DNA from: an uncultured Candidatus Saccharibacteria bacterium
GTDB lineage: Bacteria > Patescibacteriota > Minisyncoccia > Phycocordibacterales > CSBR16-119
Assembly (NCBI GenBank): GCA_964490365.1
Contig: CAZBAG010000003.1
Location: forward strand, 18,116 to 82,115
DNA: 64,000 nucleotides
Reading direction: 5' to 3'
In this document: positions 19,839 through 30,809 of the stretch, one piece after another
How the letters are laid out: each line of letters starts with the position of its first letter
Position numbering within the stretch: position 1 is the first letter of the stretch
Notes under the pieces: model-generated
The model's input: the letters and a program-made list of their open reading frames with translations, nothing else
Database searches by the model: none
Told to the model about the DNA's origin: nothing
Position numbers and translations under genes: made by a program

Positions 19839-20360
19839 ATGTTTTTCGAAACCCTTAAAGCAAATCTTCTCATTATTATATTTTTCGGCATAGTTCTTTT
19901 ACTCGGTTATTGGGCTGTTATTTCTTTGCAGGTTAACCCCGAAGAATTTACTGCGCAAACAACAGACGTTCGTCCTATTATTGAAAACGAACCAACTGGA
20001 TATGGCACTGTTGTTGATTCAAATCCAGAAACATCTGTAACGCCAGCACCTCCTTCATCCACACCATCTAGTCAGACACCATCCACGACATCTGGTGAGC
20101 ATGAAAATCTTATTGCAGACTTGCAAGAGCTTGTTGATGACAATGTGCTTATGAAAAAGGGAAGTCGTGGCACGCGAGTAGGAACAGTGCAAGAATTTTT
20201 AAATATCTACAACGGCACTGATTCAAAAATTGATAATGACTACGGAGCAACAACTGAAAATCAAATAAAAGCATTTCAAAAAGCAGAAGGACTTACATCA
20301 GATGGACAAGCAGGGCCAGGAACCTATACAAAAATGATTGAGTGGTTACGCAAACAATAA
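19839..20360 (+). CDS. Membrane-anchored peptidoglycan-binding domain protein
   Basis: TM, Pro/Ser/Thr linker, PG_binding_1-like DYGATTENQIKAFQ...DGQAGPGT. Confidence 0.82.
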   Translation: MFFETLKANLLIIIFFGIVLLLGYWAVISLQVNPEEFTAQTTDVRPIIENEPTGYGTVVDSNPETSVTPAPPSSTPSSQTPSTTSGEHENLIADLQELVDDNVLMKKGSRGTRVGTVQEFLNIYNGTDSKIDNDYGATTENQIKAFQKAEGLTSDGQAGPGTYTKMIEWLRKQ

Positions 20361-20574
20361 ACAAAAAAATTTCACACACTCGTGTGAATTTTTTTTATAA
20401 TTATTTTTGAAAAATATTTTTGTAAAGTTTTCCACAAAAGTTTTTCTTTTTTATTGTTTTATTTTTTGTATAAGAGATAATTATCTATGTAAGTGTAATA
20501 GTTTTCATAAGTTAGAAAATAATTTATGTATGTCGGAACTGTTACTTTTATTATTTAGTTGTTAAATAACTATC

Positions 20575-20679
20575 ATGGCTGCAAAAAAGAAAGCAAAGAA
20601 AGTAGCAAAGAAAAAAGTTGCTAAAAAGAAAGTAGCAAAAAAGACAGCGAAGAAGAAATCTTCTCGCCGCCGAAGATAA
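20575..20679 (+). CDS. 34-aa Lys-rich histone H1/protamine-like microprotein
   Basis: MAAKKKAKKVAKKKVAKKKVAKKTAKKKSSRRRR*; followed by a terminator. Confidence 0.7.
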   Translation: MAAKKKAKKVAKKKVAKKKVAKKTAKKKSSRRRR

Positions 20680-20700
20680 TTCTCAGTTGTCTGCCTTGTA

Positions 20701-20733
20701 AATAAGAACCCCGTAACAGGGGTTCTTATTTTT
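20701..20733 (+). terminator. Intrinsic terminator
   Basis: AATAAGAACCCC-GTAACA-GGGGTTCTTATT followed by T tract. Confidence 0.75.
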
Positions 20734-20786
20734 ATGGTTTCTGTCGCTCCTTTTATAACACCCCCAAAAATGCTACTATCTTTAGT

Positions 20787-23318
20787 ATGTCATTTTTAAC
20801 GAATATAAAGGCTCTTTTTGGTGATCAAAACCAGTCTTTTCTTAACCAATCAAAGAAAATAGTAGAAAAAATCAATAGTCTGGAATCTGAAATTTCAGCA
20901 CTTTCTGATGAAGATTTTCCTCGAAAAACAGCAGAATTAAAAGAACGTCTCCAACAAGGAGAAAGTCTCGACGATATTTTACCTGAAGCTTTTGCACTTG
21001 TTCGAGAAGTGTCTGTTCGAACTCGCGGACAAAGACATTACGATGTACAGCTCATCGGTGGTATTGCCATACATAAAGGTAATATTGCTGAAATGAGAAC
21101 AGGAGAAGGAAAAACTCTCGTGGCAACGCTACCAGCATATTTAAATGCACTAACAGGCGAAGGTGTGCATGTGGTAACTGTGAACGACTTCTTGGCGCGA
21201 CGTGATGCAACATGGATGGGGCAAGTGTACAGCAAGCTCGGCCTTTCTGTCGGAATTGTTAACTCACAAGGCGTGTCATATTTGTATGATGCAACAATCA
21301 CTGGAGAAAAAGACGAAGAACGAGATGAAGTTGGTTCATTTAAAGTGGTGTATGAATTTCTGAAGCCATGTACACGCAAAGAAGCCTATGCCGCAGATAT
21401 TACCTATGGAACAAATAATGAATTTGGTTTCGACTATTTGCGCGACAATTTAGCGATCATGAAAGACGGAATTGTTGGTAGACCATATAATTTTGCAATT
21501 GTTGATGAAATCGACTCTATTCTTATCGACGAAGCGCGAACCCCACTCATCATCTCGGCTCCAGCAGAAGATTCAGAAAGTTTGTATACAAAATTTGCTG
21601 ATATCGCAAAGATACTTAACAAAACAGAACACTACGAAGTTGATGAGAAATTACGAGCAATTACCCTAAACGACGCAGGTATTCAAAAAGCAGAAAGCAT
21701 GCTCGGTATTGAAAATATTTATACAGAAAAGGGAATTAAGCTAGTTCACCATCTTGAAACTGCTGTCCGTGCACAAGCTTTGTTTTCTCGTGATAAAGAG
21801 TATGTAGTGAATAATGGTGAAGTTATTATTATTGACCAATCTACTGGCCGTATGATGCCGGGCCGACGTTTCAACCAAGGACTCCACCAAGCACTCGAAG
21901 CAAAAGAAGGAGTAAAAATTCAAAAAGAAACAAAGACTGTTGCTTCAATTACGTATCAAAACTACTTTAAGTTTTATAAAAAACTTTCAGGTATGACAGG
22001 TACGGCAAAAACTTCAAGTGAAGAATTTTTTGGTGTGTATGGTCTCGATGTAATCACGATTCCAACGCATAAAAATATTGCGAGAGTTGATCTCAACGAC
22101 CAAATCTACCAAACAGAGATAGGTAAATTTAAGGCGATTGCAAAGAAAATAAAAGAAGTTCACCAAACTGGTCAGCCAATACTTATTGGTACTATTTCTA
22201 TTGAACGAAACGAAATGCTTTCTAATTTCTTGAATCAAGAAGGTGTTCCTCACACGATCTTGAATGCTAAAAAGCATGAAAGTGAAGGAGAGGTGATCGC
22301 CGGAGCAGGAAGACTGGGTGCAGTGACCATTGCAACCAACATGGCTGGAAGAGGTATCGACATTAAACTTGGTGGCGAACTCGCAACAGAAGAAGAGTCA
22401 AAAAAGATTAAAGATCTTGGTGGATTGTTTGTGCTTGGTACTGAACGACACGAATCAAGAAGAATCGACAATCAGCTTCGAGGTCGTGCAGGACGACAAG
22501 GTGATCCAGGAACAACTCAGTTCTTTGTATCACTCGACGATGATTTGATGCGAGTATTCGGAGGCGATCGAATTAAAACAATGATGGGACGATTTGGTAT
22601 TGCTGAAGATCAGCCAATAGAAAACAACATGATTACCGGAGCTCTTGAAAGTGCTCAGAAAAAGATTGAAGGGTTTAACTATGATGCACGTAAACGTACT
22701 CTTGAGTACGATAATGTACTTAGTACTCAACGGAAAGCCGTCTATGAGCGAAGACGAAAGATGCTTTTCGCAGACGACGTCGAAATTAAAAACCATCTTG
22801 TTTCTCTTGCTTCTGATACTGCTCGTATCGACCAAGTTATTACAGAAAAAATCGCTCTTGTTGGCGAGGAGGCTTTCTGGAAAACAGTTCGAAGAATCAT
22901 TCTCCATGTTACTGATGTGTTGTGGACTGAACACCTCGAAACCATGGATTATGTACGTTCATCAGTAAACTTGCGAGCGTACGGACAACGAGAGCCGCTT
23001 ATTGAATACACAAAAGAAGGTTTGAATCTGTATCGAGTTATGGAATCAATGCTCGGAGAACAAGTGCTTTCACTTGTTGAAACAATTAGGCCAACTGAGG
23101 CTCAGCAAGAAGTGCGAGAAGCACCAAAACAATATATTGAAAATTCTGGAAAAGATGAAGAAGTTAAAGGGAAAACTATTACAAACACTGATGCAGATAA
23201 GATTGGTAGGAATGATATAGTGATTATCGAAAAAGATGGAAAGATAGAAGAAATGAAATTTAAAAAAGCAGAGAGTTTGCTTGCTGAAGGTTGGGTGTTG
23301 AAAGGGAAGAAGGATTAA
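20787..23318 (+). CDS. secA: Preprotein translocase ATPase SecA
   Basis: EMRTGEGKT, VTVNDFLA.RD, DEIDSILIDEARTPLIIS, ATNMAGRG.DI, RRIDNQLRGR. Confidence 0.98.
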   Translation: MSFLTNIKALFGDQNQSFLNQSKKIVEKINSLESEISALSDEDFPRKTAELKERLQQGESLDDILPEAFALVREVSVRTRGQRHYDVQLIGGIAIHKGNIAEMRTGEGKTLVATLPAYLNALTGEGVHVVTVNDFLARRDATWMGQVYSKLGLSVGIVNSQGVSYLYDATITGEKDEERDEVGSFKVVYEFLKPCTRKEAYAADITYGTNNEFGFDYLRDNLAIMKDGIVGRPYNFAIVDEIDSILIDEARTPLIISAPAEDSESLYTKFADIAKILNKTEHYEVDEKLRAITLNDAGIQKAESMLGIENIYTEKGIKLVHHLETAVRAQALFSRDKEYVVNNGEVIIIDQSTGRMMPGRRFNQGLHQALEAKEGVKIQKETKTVASITYQNYFKFYKKLSGMTGTAKTSSEEFFGVYGLDVITIPTHKNIARVDLNDQIYQTEIGKFKAIAKKIKEVHQTGQPILIGTISIERNEMLSNFLNQEGVPHTILNAKKHESEGEVIAGAGRLGAVTIATNMAGRGIDIKLGGELATEEESKKIKDLGGLFVLGTERHESRRIDNQLRGRAGRQGDPGTTQFFVSLDDDLMRVFGGDRIKTMMGRFGIAEDQPIENNMITGALESAQKKIEGFNYDARKRTLEYDNVLSTQRKAVYERRRKMLFADDVEIKNHLVSLASDTARIDQVITEKIALVGEEAFWKTVRRIILHVTDVLWTEHLETMDYVRSSVNLRAYGQREPLIEYTKEGLNLYRVMESMLGEQVLSLVETIRPTEAQQEVREAPKQYIENSGKDEEVKGKTITNTDADKIGRNDIVIIEKDGKIEEMKFKKAESLLAEGWVLKGKKD

Positions 23319-23373
23319 TAAAAAAGAAAAAGCCCTGAGCGCGTCGCGTCAGGGCTTTTTTATATGTAGAGAA

Positions 23374-23802
23374 TCATTGATTTTTGAAATCAAGACCATA
23401 TCCTTCAAGTAGTTGTTCCAGTTCTTCAATGGTTTTCTTACCCATGTTGTGCATCTGTAGTAACCTGCTCCTGCTATAAAGTACAAGGTCTCCTAGTGTT
23501 TCAATTTTAAGATATTGGAGTATCTTCTGAGCTCTGACAGACAGGTTACAGTCAACAATCTTTTTGTTTAGCACGTGATCAGGCGGGAGTCTGAGTTTGT
23601 CGATTGCTCTTGAGAGTAGTACCCACTCATCTTCACGCGTGTCAGTGTTGGGTCGAAAAACAAATTCAATAGAGTCTTTAACTTTTCCTCTTTTGATTGT
23701 TACTGATTCTCTGAGTTGTTCAGGAATGCCTGGAAATACTTTGCTTGTCAGATCACTCTTGTTAAGTTCTATTGAAATGCTCCCGAGCTTTATGATTGCC
23801 AT
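23374..23802 (-). CDS. Protein with a C-terminal RNA polymerase alpha-CTD-like domain
   Basis: LSVRAQKIL..LKIETLGDLV...LL..HNMGKKTIEEL resembles alpha-CTD; no alpha N-terminal domain. Confidence 0.75.
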   Translation of the reverse strand: MAIIKLGSISIELNKSDLTSKVFPGIPEQLRESVTIKRGKVKDSIEFVFRPNTDTREDEWVLLSRAIDKLRLPPDHVLNKKIVDCNLSVRAQKILQYLKIETLGDLVLYSRSRLLQMHNMGKKTIEELEQLLEGYGLDFKNQ

Positions 23803-24007
23803 GTTCGATGGTTCTTGTTGTTCAGTTCATTGTTATTTTTTACATAATTTTACATTTTTGTCAATTTTTTAACCCTTTAAAATAAGGATTTTGGGTCAAA
23901 ATGAGCCAAAATATTGAGAAAAAACTTTTAGGTTGCAGAAGGGAAAATACTCAAAAACTCATATTTTAAAGCGTTTATAGGACTTGACAGACTAAAATTT
24001 TAGGGTA

Positions 24008-24036
24008 TTGACAAAAAAAATAGGGCATGCTAAGAT
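24008..24036 (+). promoter_or_regulatory. Sigma70-type promoter
   Basis: TTGACA-N17-TAAGAT with TGn extension. Confidence 0.7.
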
Positions 24037-24185
24037 ATGGACGTAAGTCCCGTCGGGGGCTTTTTTGTTTGCCTAAGGGTGAACAACGACCATTTATAAC
24101 TACATAGTAGTTTCAAAAGACTTGTTTAAGTCTTTTTCTATGAGTGGTCTTCTGTCATGGTGTTGTCGGAGCGAAACCGTCACAT

Positions 24186-24830
24186 ATGAATAAAATATAT
24201 AAGAGTTTCAGCAATTCATTGCACTCGTTTATCCTCTTACCTTTACTGGTAACGAATATTTCTGGAGGTGTCGATAGTAAGATCGATCTTTCTGGGCTCG
24301 AGGATAGCATTAAGTCTGGTTTCGGAGTAACCGAAATGATAGATGAGCAAACAGCTCTTTTAAATGAACAAAAGGTAAAAGCTGCTAAAATCGACGCATA
24401 CTTCGGTAAATATAATTTACCAGCCGAAGGGCATGGTATGGCGATGGTTGTTGCGGCTGAAAAATATGGCCTCGACTGGAGATTACTTCCTGCTCTTGCA
24501 AAACTTGAGACAACAGGAGGAAAGCATACGTGTAAAAATCCAAAAGGTGTAAACAACTGGTTTGGATGGGGTTCTTGTAAGATTGGATTCGATTCCGTTG
24601 AAGAATCATTCGATGTTATCGCAAAGAACCTAACAGGAAATAATCCTAAGACTGCACATTACTATAAAGGTAAGAGTGTAGAAAAAATTCTAGAAGTATA
24701 TAACCCACCAGCAACTCCAGGTATTACTCCTAACTACCACAAACTTGCGTTTAAGATTATGGGCGAGATTGAAGGTATGGATGTAAACCAAGAGGCCCTT
24801 AAACAAGACATGCTTGTCTTGAATAAGTAA
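24186..24830 (+). CDS. Secreted lysozyme-like/glucosaminidase-type cell-wall hydrolase
   Basis: AAEKYGLDWRLLPALAKLETTGG, NNWFGWG, YNPP. Confidence 0.7.
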   Translation: MNKIYKSFSNSLHSFILLPLLVTNISGGVDSKIDLSGLEDSIKSGFGVTEMIDEQTALLNEQKVKAAKIDAYFGKYNLPAEGHGMAMVVAAEKYGLDWRLLPALAKLETTGGKHTCKNPKGVNNWFGWGSCKIGFDSVEESFDVIAKNLTGNNPKTAHYYKGKSVEKILEVYNPPATPGITPNYHKLAFKIMGEIEGMDVNQEALKQDMLVLNK

Positions 24831-24932
24831 AAATAAGTAAACAAAAATCCGCGCAGAAATGCGCGGCTTTTTGTTGTGTGAGTTGTGTAAAAAGACAAGA
24901 CCGCGAAATATTCGCGGTCGAGCTTGTCTTAC

Positions 24933-25148
24933 TTAGTAGTCTTCTTGCAGGATTAACCTGTCATTTCTTTCATTGGCCTTAGCTTCACGCCAGACTCCAT
25001 GAAAGAATTCACGGACCTGCCTTTTTGAAGTTGTTAGTAAGTTGTTAAAGTGTGCGTTTAGTGCCTTGAGGAACAGAAAGCTTTCCTCTTTAGACAACTC
25101 ATGTTCGGCTATACGGATAGCCTCTGTTTGTCCATCTGTTGTCCACAT
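24933..25148 (-). CDS. Small hypothetical protein
   Basis: 71-aa ORF with a promoter-like TACAAT just upstream. Confidence 0.45.
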   Translation of the reverse strand: MWTTDGQTEAIRIAEHELSKEESFLFLKALNAHFNNLLTTSKRQVREFFHGVWREAKANERNDRLILQEDY

Positions 25149-25200
25149 GATGTATTGTACTGGTTTATTTTATTTTACTGATTCAGTAATATTTAGTCAA

Positions 25201-28200
25201 TTAAATCTCCTTCAAAGATTCAATCATAATACTTTTTTCTCCATCACGAATGGTGAGTTTACCTTTCACTGCAATACACTTATTTTCGATAAGAAGTGTT
25301 GCGTATTCACGAAATGTTTCTGGGAAGGCGACAGCCTCTATGGTTCCTGTAAGATCAGCAAGTTTTATAAATGCCATTTGTCCACCTTTCTTTGTAATCA
25401 CTTTTCGGATACTTTCAATCATTGCTGCACAGACAACGTTCATATTTTGGTAACCAATTTCAGCTAACTTTTTAAAATCCATACCACTTTTATCTATTTT
25501 TTCTTTGACACGCTCAAGAGGGTGTCCAGAAATATAGAGGCCCAATAGCTCTTTTTCCCATACAAGTTTTTCTTCTTTTGTTGCAATGCCACCATCCTTA
25601 ATGGTTAGTTTTGATTTTGGTGTCATGTCAGCTCCAAACAGAGATCCTTGATTCTTATCAACTTTCGAAAATGATTTATTAAAAGCCAAGAGCTCTTCCA
25701 TACTTTGTAGAAATGTTCCTCTATCGCCAAAATCATCCATGGCTCCAGCTTTGATAAGTGCCTCGAGTGATTTCTTTGTGAGGTTTTTGTGTTGTACTCG
25801 CTCAAGGAAATCTTCCATTGAATTAAATTTACCTCTCACCTTTCTTTCTTCAATAATTGCATCAGAAATATCGTACCCCAAGTTTTTAATGGTGTAGAAT
25901 CCAAAGCGAATTTTATCAAGCTGTTCTCCTTCAACGCGCCTAATCACCGTGAAGTTTCCAAAACATTCATTAATGTTTGGTGGAAGTACTTCAATATTCA
26001 TCTTTTTACATTCGTGAATAATTTCAGAGACTCGCTCCACATCTCCCGACTCGGCGGTGAGGATGGCTGTCATATAGGGTACAGGGAAGTTTGCTTTCAT
26101 GTATGCAGTCTGGTACGCCAAACGTCCGTAACTCGCAGCGTGAGCTTTGTTAAAGCCGTAGGCAGCAAATGGTTCGATAAGAGCCCAAAGTTCTTCAGCT
26201 TTCTTTTCAGTCATACCGTTTTTCAAAAGACCTTCCATAAGTTTTTCTTTTTCAGCCATCATAACTTCAGGAATTTTCTTTCCCATTGCTTTTCGAAGTT
26301 TGTCGGCTTCAAGCCAAGAATATCCAGCAAGTTTAATAGAAATCATCATCACGTCATCTTGGTAGGTGATCACACCATAGGAAAGATCAAGAATATCTTT
26401 CATACGAGGATCAAGAAAACGAATAAGGGCGTGATTGTGTTTTCGTTTGATATATTCTGGAATCATTTCCATTGGTCCAGGCCGATAGAGTGCCACCATG
26501 GCGTTGATATCGTCAATAACTGATGGCGCAAGCTCCTTTAAATACCGTGTCATACCAGATGAAGATAGCTGGAATACACCCATTGTTTTTCCTTCAGCAA
26601 GCATTTTAAATGTTTTGGGATCATCCATGGGGATGTTTTCAACTTCAATTTTTACACCCTCTATTTTATCCACGAGCGTCACCGAGTCAGCAAGGATGGC
26701 TAAGTTTCGAAGTCCTAGGAAGTCGAATTTAATAAGCCCAGCAGCTTCAACAGCGTGCATGTCGTATTGAGTGATAATTTTTCCACCCTTAGGATCGAGT
26801 TGTACAGGAGCATAGTCATCGACACTTGTTGGAGAAATCACCACGCCCGCGGCATGTACAGAAATGTGTCGTGCACAGCCTTCAATTTTCTTTGCCATGT
26901 CAATTACTTCTTTGACGACTTTGTCATTTTCATACATTTCTTTAAGTTCTGGTTCAATACCAATAGCAATATCAATCGTCATAGGAAAGCCCTGTTTTCC
27001 AAGGGGAATGAGTTTTGAAATTTTATCACCAACATCATATGGGTACCCAAGTGCTCGTGCTACATCACGCACTGCTCCACGAGCTTGCATGGTTCCAAAG
27101 GTACCAATTTGCGCTACTGCACGTTCACCATATTTTCGCTTTGCGTACTCAATCACTTCATCACGTCGATTATCGGCAAAGTCCATATCAATATCGGGAG
27201 CTGATGGACGTTCAGGGTTAAGAAATCGTTCAAAGGGAAGTTTAAAACGAAATGGATCAACGTTCGTGATACCAAGGAGATAGGTGGTGATTGAACCAGC
27301 AACAGAACCTCGAATGTTCGTTAGAATACCATTTTCGTTGGCAAAGCGAATAAGGTCACCCACAATAAGGAGGTAAATAGAAAATCCTTTATTTTTAATA
27401 ATTTCAAGTTCATAGTCTATTCTTTTGATAATTTCTGCAGATTCTTGTCCGTATCGTTTTGGAATTCCTTCAAGAACATATTTTCTAAGTTGTGTTTCTG
27501 GGGTGTGCCCATCTTCAAGACCAAACTTTGGAAATACCCATGAACCAAGTTCAAGGTTAATGTCTACCATGTCAGCGACTTTTACTGTGTTCTCAACGGC
27601 TTCTGGGATATCTTTAAAATATGTTAAAGCACCTTCAGGATTTATGAAGTGGTAGTCACCGGTGAATTTAAAGTTTGTACTGTTGGTGTTGATAGCGAGA
27701 AGGGTATTGTGAGCTTCGTTGTCATGTTCATGCAGGTAGTGTGAATCCCACGTTGCGACAATAGGAATATCATATTTTTTTGAAAGTGTTTGAAGACCCT
27801 CTTTCACAAGTTCAGTTCCTTCAACTTCACTGTGGTTCATGAATTCAAGAAAGAAATTTTCCTTGCCGAAAATGCTGATATATTTTTCAATAATCTGTTC
27901 TGCGCGTTCTTGGTTTTTAGCACGAAGTGCATGAGCAAGTTCTCCAGCAGGGCATCCTGAAAGACAAATAATACCTTCAGAGTATGTTCTTAAAATCTCT
28001 TCATCCATACGGGGTTTGTAGTAGTAGCCTTCAAGAAATGAAAGTGAAACAAGCTTCATTAAGTTTCGATATCCTGTGTTATTTTTTGCAAGAAGAGTAA
28101 GGTGATATCTTTTACTATCGACACCAGACTCTTTATCGTGTCGTGTTCGCTCGGCAATATATGCCTCTACACCAATAATTGGTTTAATCCCAGCATCTTT

Positions 28201-28368
28201 ACATTCTTTGTAAAATTCAATTGCTCCATACATTGCGCCGTGATCGGTAATTGCAAGTGCGGGCATATTAAATTCTTTTGCTTTTGCTACAAGATCCTCA
28301 ATTTTAGAAAGCCCATCCAGGAGGGAATAGTGAGAATGAGTGTGGAGATGGACAAACTTTGCTGACAT
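25201..28368 (-). CDS. dnaE: DNA polymerase III alpha subunit
   Basis: PHP domain [36 protein letters not shown]-terminal OB fold. Confidence 0.97.
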   Translation of the reverse strand: MSAKFVHLHTHSHYSLLDGLSKIEDLVAKAKEFNMPALAITDHGAMYGAIEFYKECKDAGIKPIIGVEAYIAERTRHDKESGVDSKRYHLTLLAKNNTGYRNLMKLVSLSFLEGYYYKPRMDEEILRTYSEGIICLSGCPAGELAHALRAKNQERAEQIIEKYISIFGKENFFLEFMNHSEVEGTELVKEGLQTLSKKYDIPIVATWDSHYLHEHDNEAHNTLLAINTNSTNFKFTGDYHFINPEGALTYFKDIPEAVENTVKVADMVDINLELGSWVFPKFGLEDGHTPETQLRKYVLEGIPKRYGQESAEIIKRIDYELEIIKNKGFSIYLLIVGDLIRFANENGILTNIRGSVAGSITTYLLGITNVDPFRFKLPFERFLNPERPSAPDIDMDFADNRRDEVIEYAKRKYGERAVAQIGTFGTMQARGAVRDVARALGYPYDVGDKISKLIPLGKQGFPMTIDIAIGIEPELKEMYENDKVVKEVIDMAKKIEGCARHISVHAAGVVISPTSVDDYAPVQLDPKGGKIITQYDMHAVEAAGLIKFDFLGLRNLAILADSVTLVDKIEGVKIEVENIPMDDPKTFKMLAEGKTMGVFQLSSSGMTRYLKELAPSVIDDINAMVALYRPGPMEMIPEYIKRKHNHALIRFLDPRMKDILDLSYGVITYQDDVMMISIKLAGYSWLEADKLRKAMGKKIPEVMMAEKEKLMEGLLKNGMTEKKAEELWALIEPFAAYGFNKAHAASYGRLAYQTAYMKANFPVPYMTAILTAESGDVERVSEIIHECKKMNIEVLPPNINECFGNFTVIRRVEGEQLDKIRFGFYTIKNLGYDISDAIIEERKVRGKFNSMEDFLERVQHKNLTKKSLEALIKAGAMDDFGDRGTFLQSMEELLAFNKSFSKVDKNQGSLFGADMTPKSKLTIKDGGIATKEEKLVWEKELLGLYISGHPLERVKEKIDKSGMDFKKLAEIGYQNMNVVCAAMIESIRKVITKKGGQMAFIKLADLTGTIEAVAFPETFREYATLLIENKCIAVKGKLTIRDGEKSIMIESLKEI

Positions 28369-28412
28369 AAGTGGCTATATTTTAGCATAAAACCATGTGG
28401 TACTATAGGCAG

Positions 28413-29015
28413 ATGGAATACCCTTATTTTATAGGAGTAGACGAGGTGGGGCGTGGTCCGGTGGCTGGTCCTGTCTATGTTTGCGCGTTGTTTATTTCAG
28501 CAGAAAATCTACAAACCTTACTTACGGAGGCAGGAAAATTGCCACTTCGAGATTCCAAAAAGCTCACAGAGAACATGCGTAAAAAGTGGTTTACCAAAAT
28601 CACAGAGTATGCCGATAAAGGTTTTTTGAAATATGTTGTTTCAAAGGCTTCAGCAAAAGAAATTGATGACAAGGGAATTGCCGTCTGCATTAAAGCGAGC
28701 GTGAAAAACTCTGTTATAAAAATTGATGCTGACAAAGAAACCACAAAAGTATTTTTAGATGGAGGACTTTCGGTCGGAGAACATTTTATTGAAGAATCTG
28801 TTATTAAGGGTGATGAAACGATTCCGGCTATCTCTCTTGCTTCTATCGTTGCAAAAGTGCTCAGAGATCAAGAAATGGTTGAGTTAGGTATTCAGTATCC
28901 TGAATACCAATTTGAGAAGCATAAGGGATATGGTACAAAAGCTCATCTCGATGCAATTAGTCGACATGGTTTAACCGAGATACACAGGACAACTTTTTTA
29001 AAGAACTATATTTAA
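28413..29015 (+). CDS. rnhB: Ribonuclease HII
   Basis: GVDEVGRGPVAGP, DSKKL, KGD...SLASIVAKV.RD, HKGYGT. Confidence 0.95.
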   Translation: MEYPYFIGVDEVGRGPVAGPVYVCALFISAENLQTLLTEAGKLPLRDSKKLTENMRKKWFTKITEYADKGFLKYVVSKASAKEIDDKGIAVCIKASVKNSVIKIDADKETTKVFLDGGLSVGEHFIEESVIKGDETIPAISLASIVAKVLRDQEMVELGIQYPEYQFEKHKGYGTKAHLDAISRHGLTEIHRTTFLKNYI

Positions 29016-29019
29016 TAAT

Positions 29020-29664
29020 ATGAAAAAACCAGACGATATTCTACTCATAGACAAACCAAAAGGAATTTCTTCTTTTGACGTTATTCGCATACTCAGAAAG
29101 AAATTAGGTATCAGAAAAATGGGACACGCTGGTACGCTTGATCCACTTGCAACTGGACTTATGATCATTGGTGTTGAATCTGGAACAAAAAAATTAAATG
29201 ACTATATAAAACTTGATAAAAGTTATACGGCAGATATTTTGTTTGGGAGAAAAACAACAACAGGGGACATGGAGGGGGAAATCGTGGAAGAAACACAGAT
29301 AGCTTTTGTTGAAGATGATTACTTGAAAGAACTCATGCATGCTTTTCACGGTGAATTTTTATTGTTGCCTCCAATCTATTCTGCAATTAAAAAAGATGGA
29401 AAGCCTTTGTATGCCTACGCAAGAAATGGGGAAGAGGTGAAAGTCGAACCAAGAAAAATGATTGTATATAAAAGTAAATTTTTAGGAAGTGAAAAAGTGC
29501 CAGAAGGATTTATTGCACGGGTCTCGTTCGATGTTGCGTCGGGCGTATACATACGATCTTTAGTAGAAAAAATAGGGGAACTTGTAGGTGTTCCCGCAAC
29601 TCTTTATGATCTCCGGAGAACAAAAATAGGGAAGTTTAGTGTGACAAAAGCCGAGAAACTATAG
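29020..29664 (+). CDS. truB: tRNA pseudouridine(55) synthase
   Basis: DKPKGISS, GHAGTLDPLATG, PPIYSA, GVYIRSL. Confidence 0.95.
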   Translation: MKKPDDILLIDKPKGISSFDVIRILRKKLGIRKMGHAGTLDPLATGLMIIGVESGTKKLNDYIKLDKSYTADILFGRKTTTGDMEGEIVEETQIAFVEDDYLKELMHAFHGEFLLLPPIYSAIKKDGKPLYAYARNGEEVKVEPRKMIVYKSKFLGSEKVPEGFIARVSFDVASGVYIRSLVEKIGELVGVPATLYDLRRTKIGKFSVTKAEKL

Positions 29665-29780
29665 CCCAACATAAGGGTTTTTCAGCATGTTCGTGGCGTG
29701 CTCAAGATGCTTGACTTTTAAGTTATTTTATGCTATAAATAAAGAGAGGATAAACAAGTACCTTAACACCCCTACATACC

Positions 29781-30716
29781 ATGAAGAACCTCACACTCCT
29801 TGTTGTGATGCTTCTGTCATTTCTCTCTGGAGACGTGGCACAAGCACAGAATTACGAAGTTCGTTGGATAGACCGCATTGGTTCTAACAACGTAACGGTT
29901 GTTGCGGACTACGATAGCTTCAATGATCCAGTCTACCGTCGAGTATATCGAAACAACAGCACTGTCTTCTATCAACCCATCTGGGTTGCAATTGCAGAAG
30001 ATGTGTTGACTGGAAATGGTGTCGATACCATTGTTCTCAGTACTGGCGGCGATCTCTTGATCAAGATCCTTGATCAGAACTACATTGAGATGGAAGAATT
30101 TACCCATCGATTCCAGGAATCTGTGATCGCTGTACCAACAATGACCGTGCATGATGCGATCTATGGACAAGCACCCATGGTGAGCTTCCGCACTGACATA
30201 CATGCACCATATGGTTTGGGTCGCCCCTCTCAATATGTAACAAAGTTGCACTGCGAGCTGGAACGCACAAGCCCGGCTGGATACATGCAAACGGTTACGT
30301 TCACTTACCCTGTCAACATTGCACCCATTGCACATTTCGAACTCCCATTCCAATTCTTCGGTGATTACTGCTTCAGGTGGTATATCACTGATGAGCATGT
30401 GAGTTTGAATGAAGTACATTTCGGTGAGATTGAAGTTTGGAGTTCTGATCTCTATTGCTTCTCATACGGAAGTACTGGATTCCAGAGTGAAGGACTCAAG
30501 GCCGAGTTTGGCTCATTCCCAAATCCGTTTACCGATATCGTGACGATCACGTCACCATCTGAAACGGAGTACCGGGTTTCGAATCTCTCTGGGCAAACAG
30601 TGGCTTTCGGAAAGCTCTTCGTCGGCGACAATCGTATCGACGCGCTCTCCGGACTCACTCCTGGTATGTACATTCTTGAAACCAGCCTTGGTTCTACCAA
30701 GCTGATCAAGCAATAA
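29781..30716 (+). CDS. Signal-peptide protein with a C-terminal T9SS type A sorting-like domain
   Basis: N-terminal signal (AQA-Q); C-terminal FPNPF...LSGQ...LTPGMYIL...KLIKQ. Confidence 0.8.
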   Translation: MKNLTLLVVMLLSFLSGDVAQAQNYEVRWIDRIGSNNVTVVADYDSFNDPVYRRVYRNNSTVFYQPIWVAIAEDVLTGNGVDTIVLSTGGDLLIKILDQNYIEMEEFTHRFQESVIAVPTMTVHDAIYGQAPMVSFRTDIHAPYGLGRPSQYVTKLHCELERTSPAGYMQTVTFTYPVNIAPIAHFELPFQFFGDYCFRWYITDEHVSLNEVHFGEIEVWSSDLYCFSYGSTGFQSEGLKAEFGSFPNPFTDIVTITSPSETEYRVSNLSGQTVAFGKLFVGDNRIDALSGLTPGMYILETSLGSTKLIKQ

Positions 30717-30809
30717 ACCCTTCTTCATGGGAGACCCCGCGACGCAATGCGTTCGCGGGGTTTTTCGTTGTATACTTATAAGCAGATGAACCTTTAAAAA
30801 CCTTGGAAT

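Noticed and set aside
29817-30419. 200-aa antisense ORF, and similar long antisense ORFs within typA, dnaE and the surface genes
   Set aside because: Fully nested opposite well-supported genes, with no recognisable motifs.
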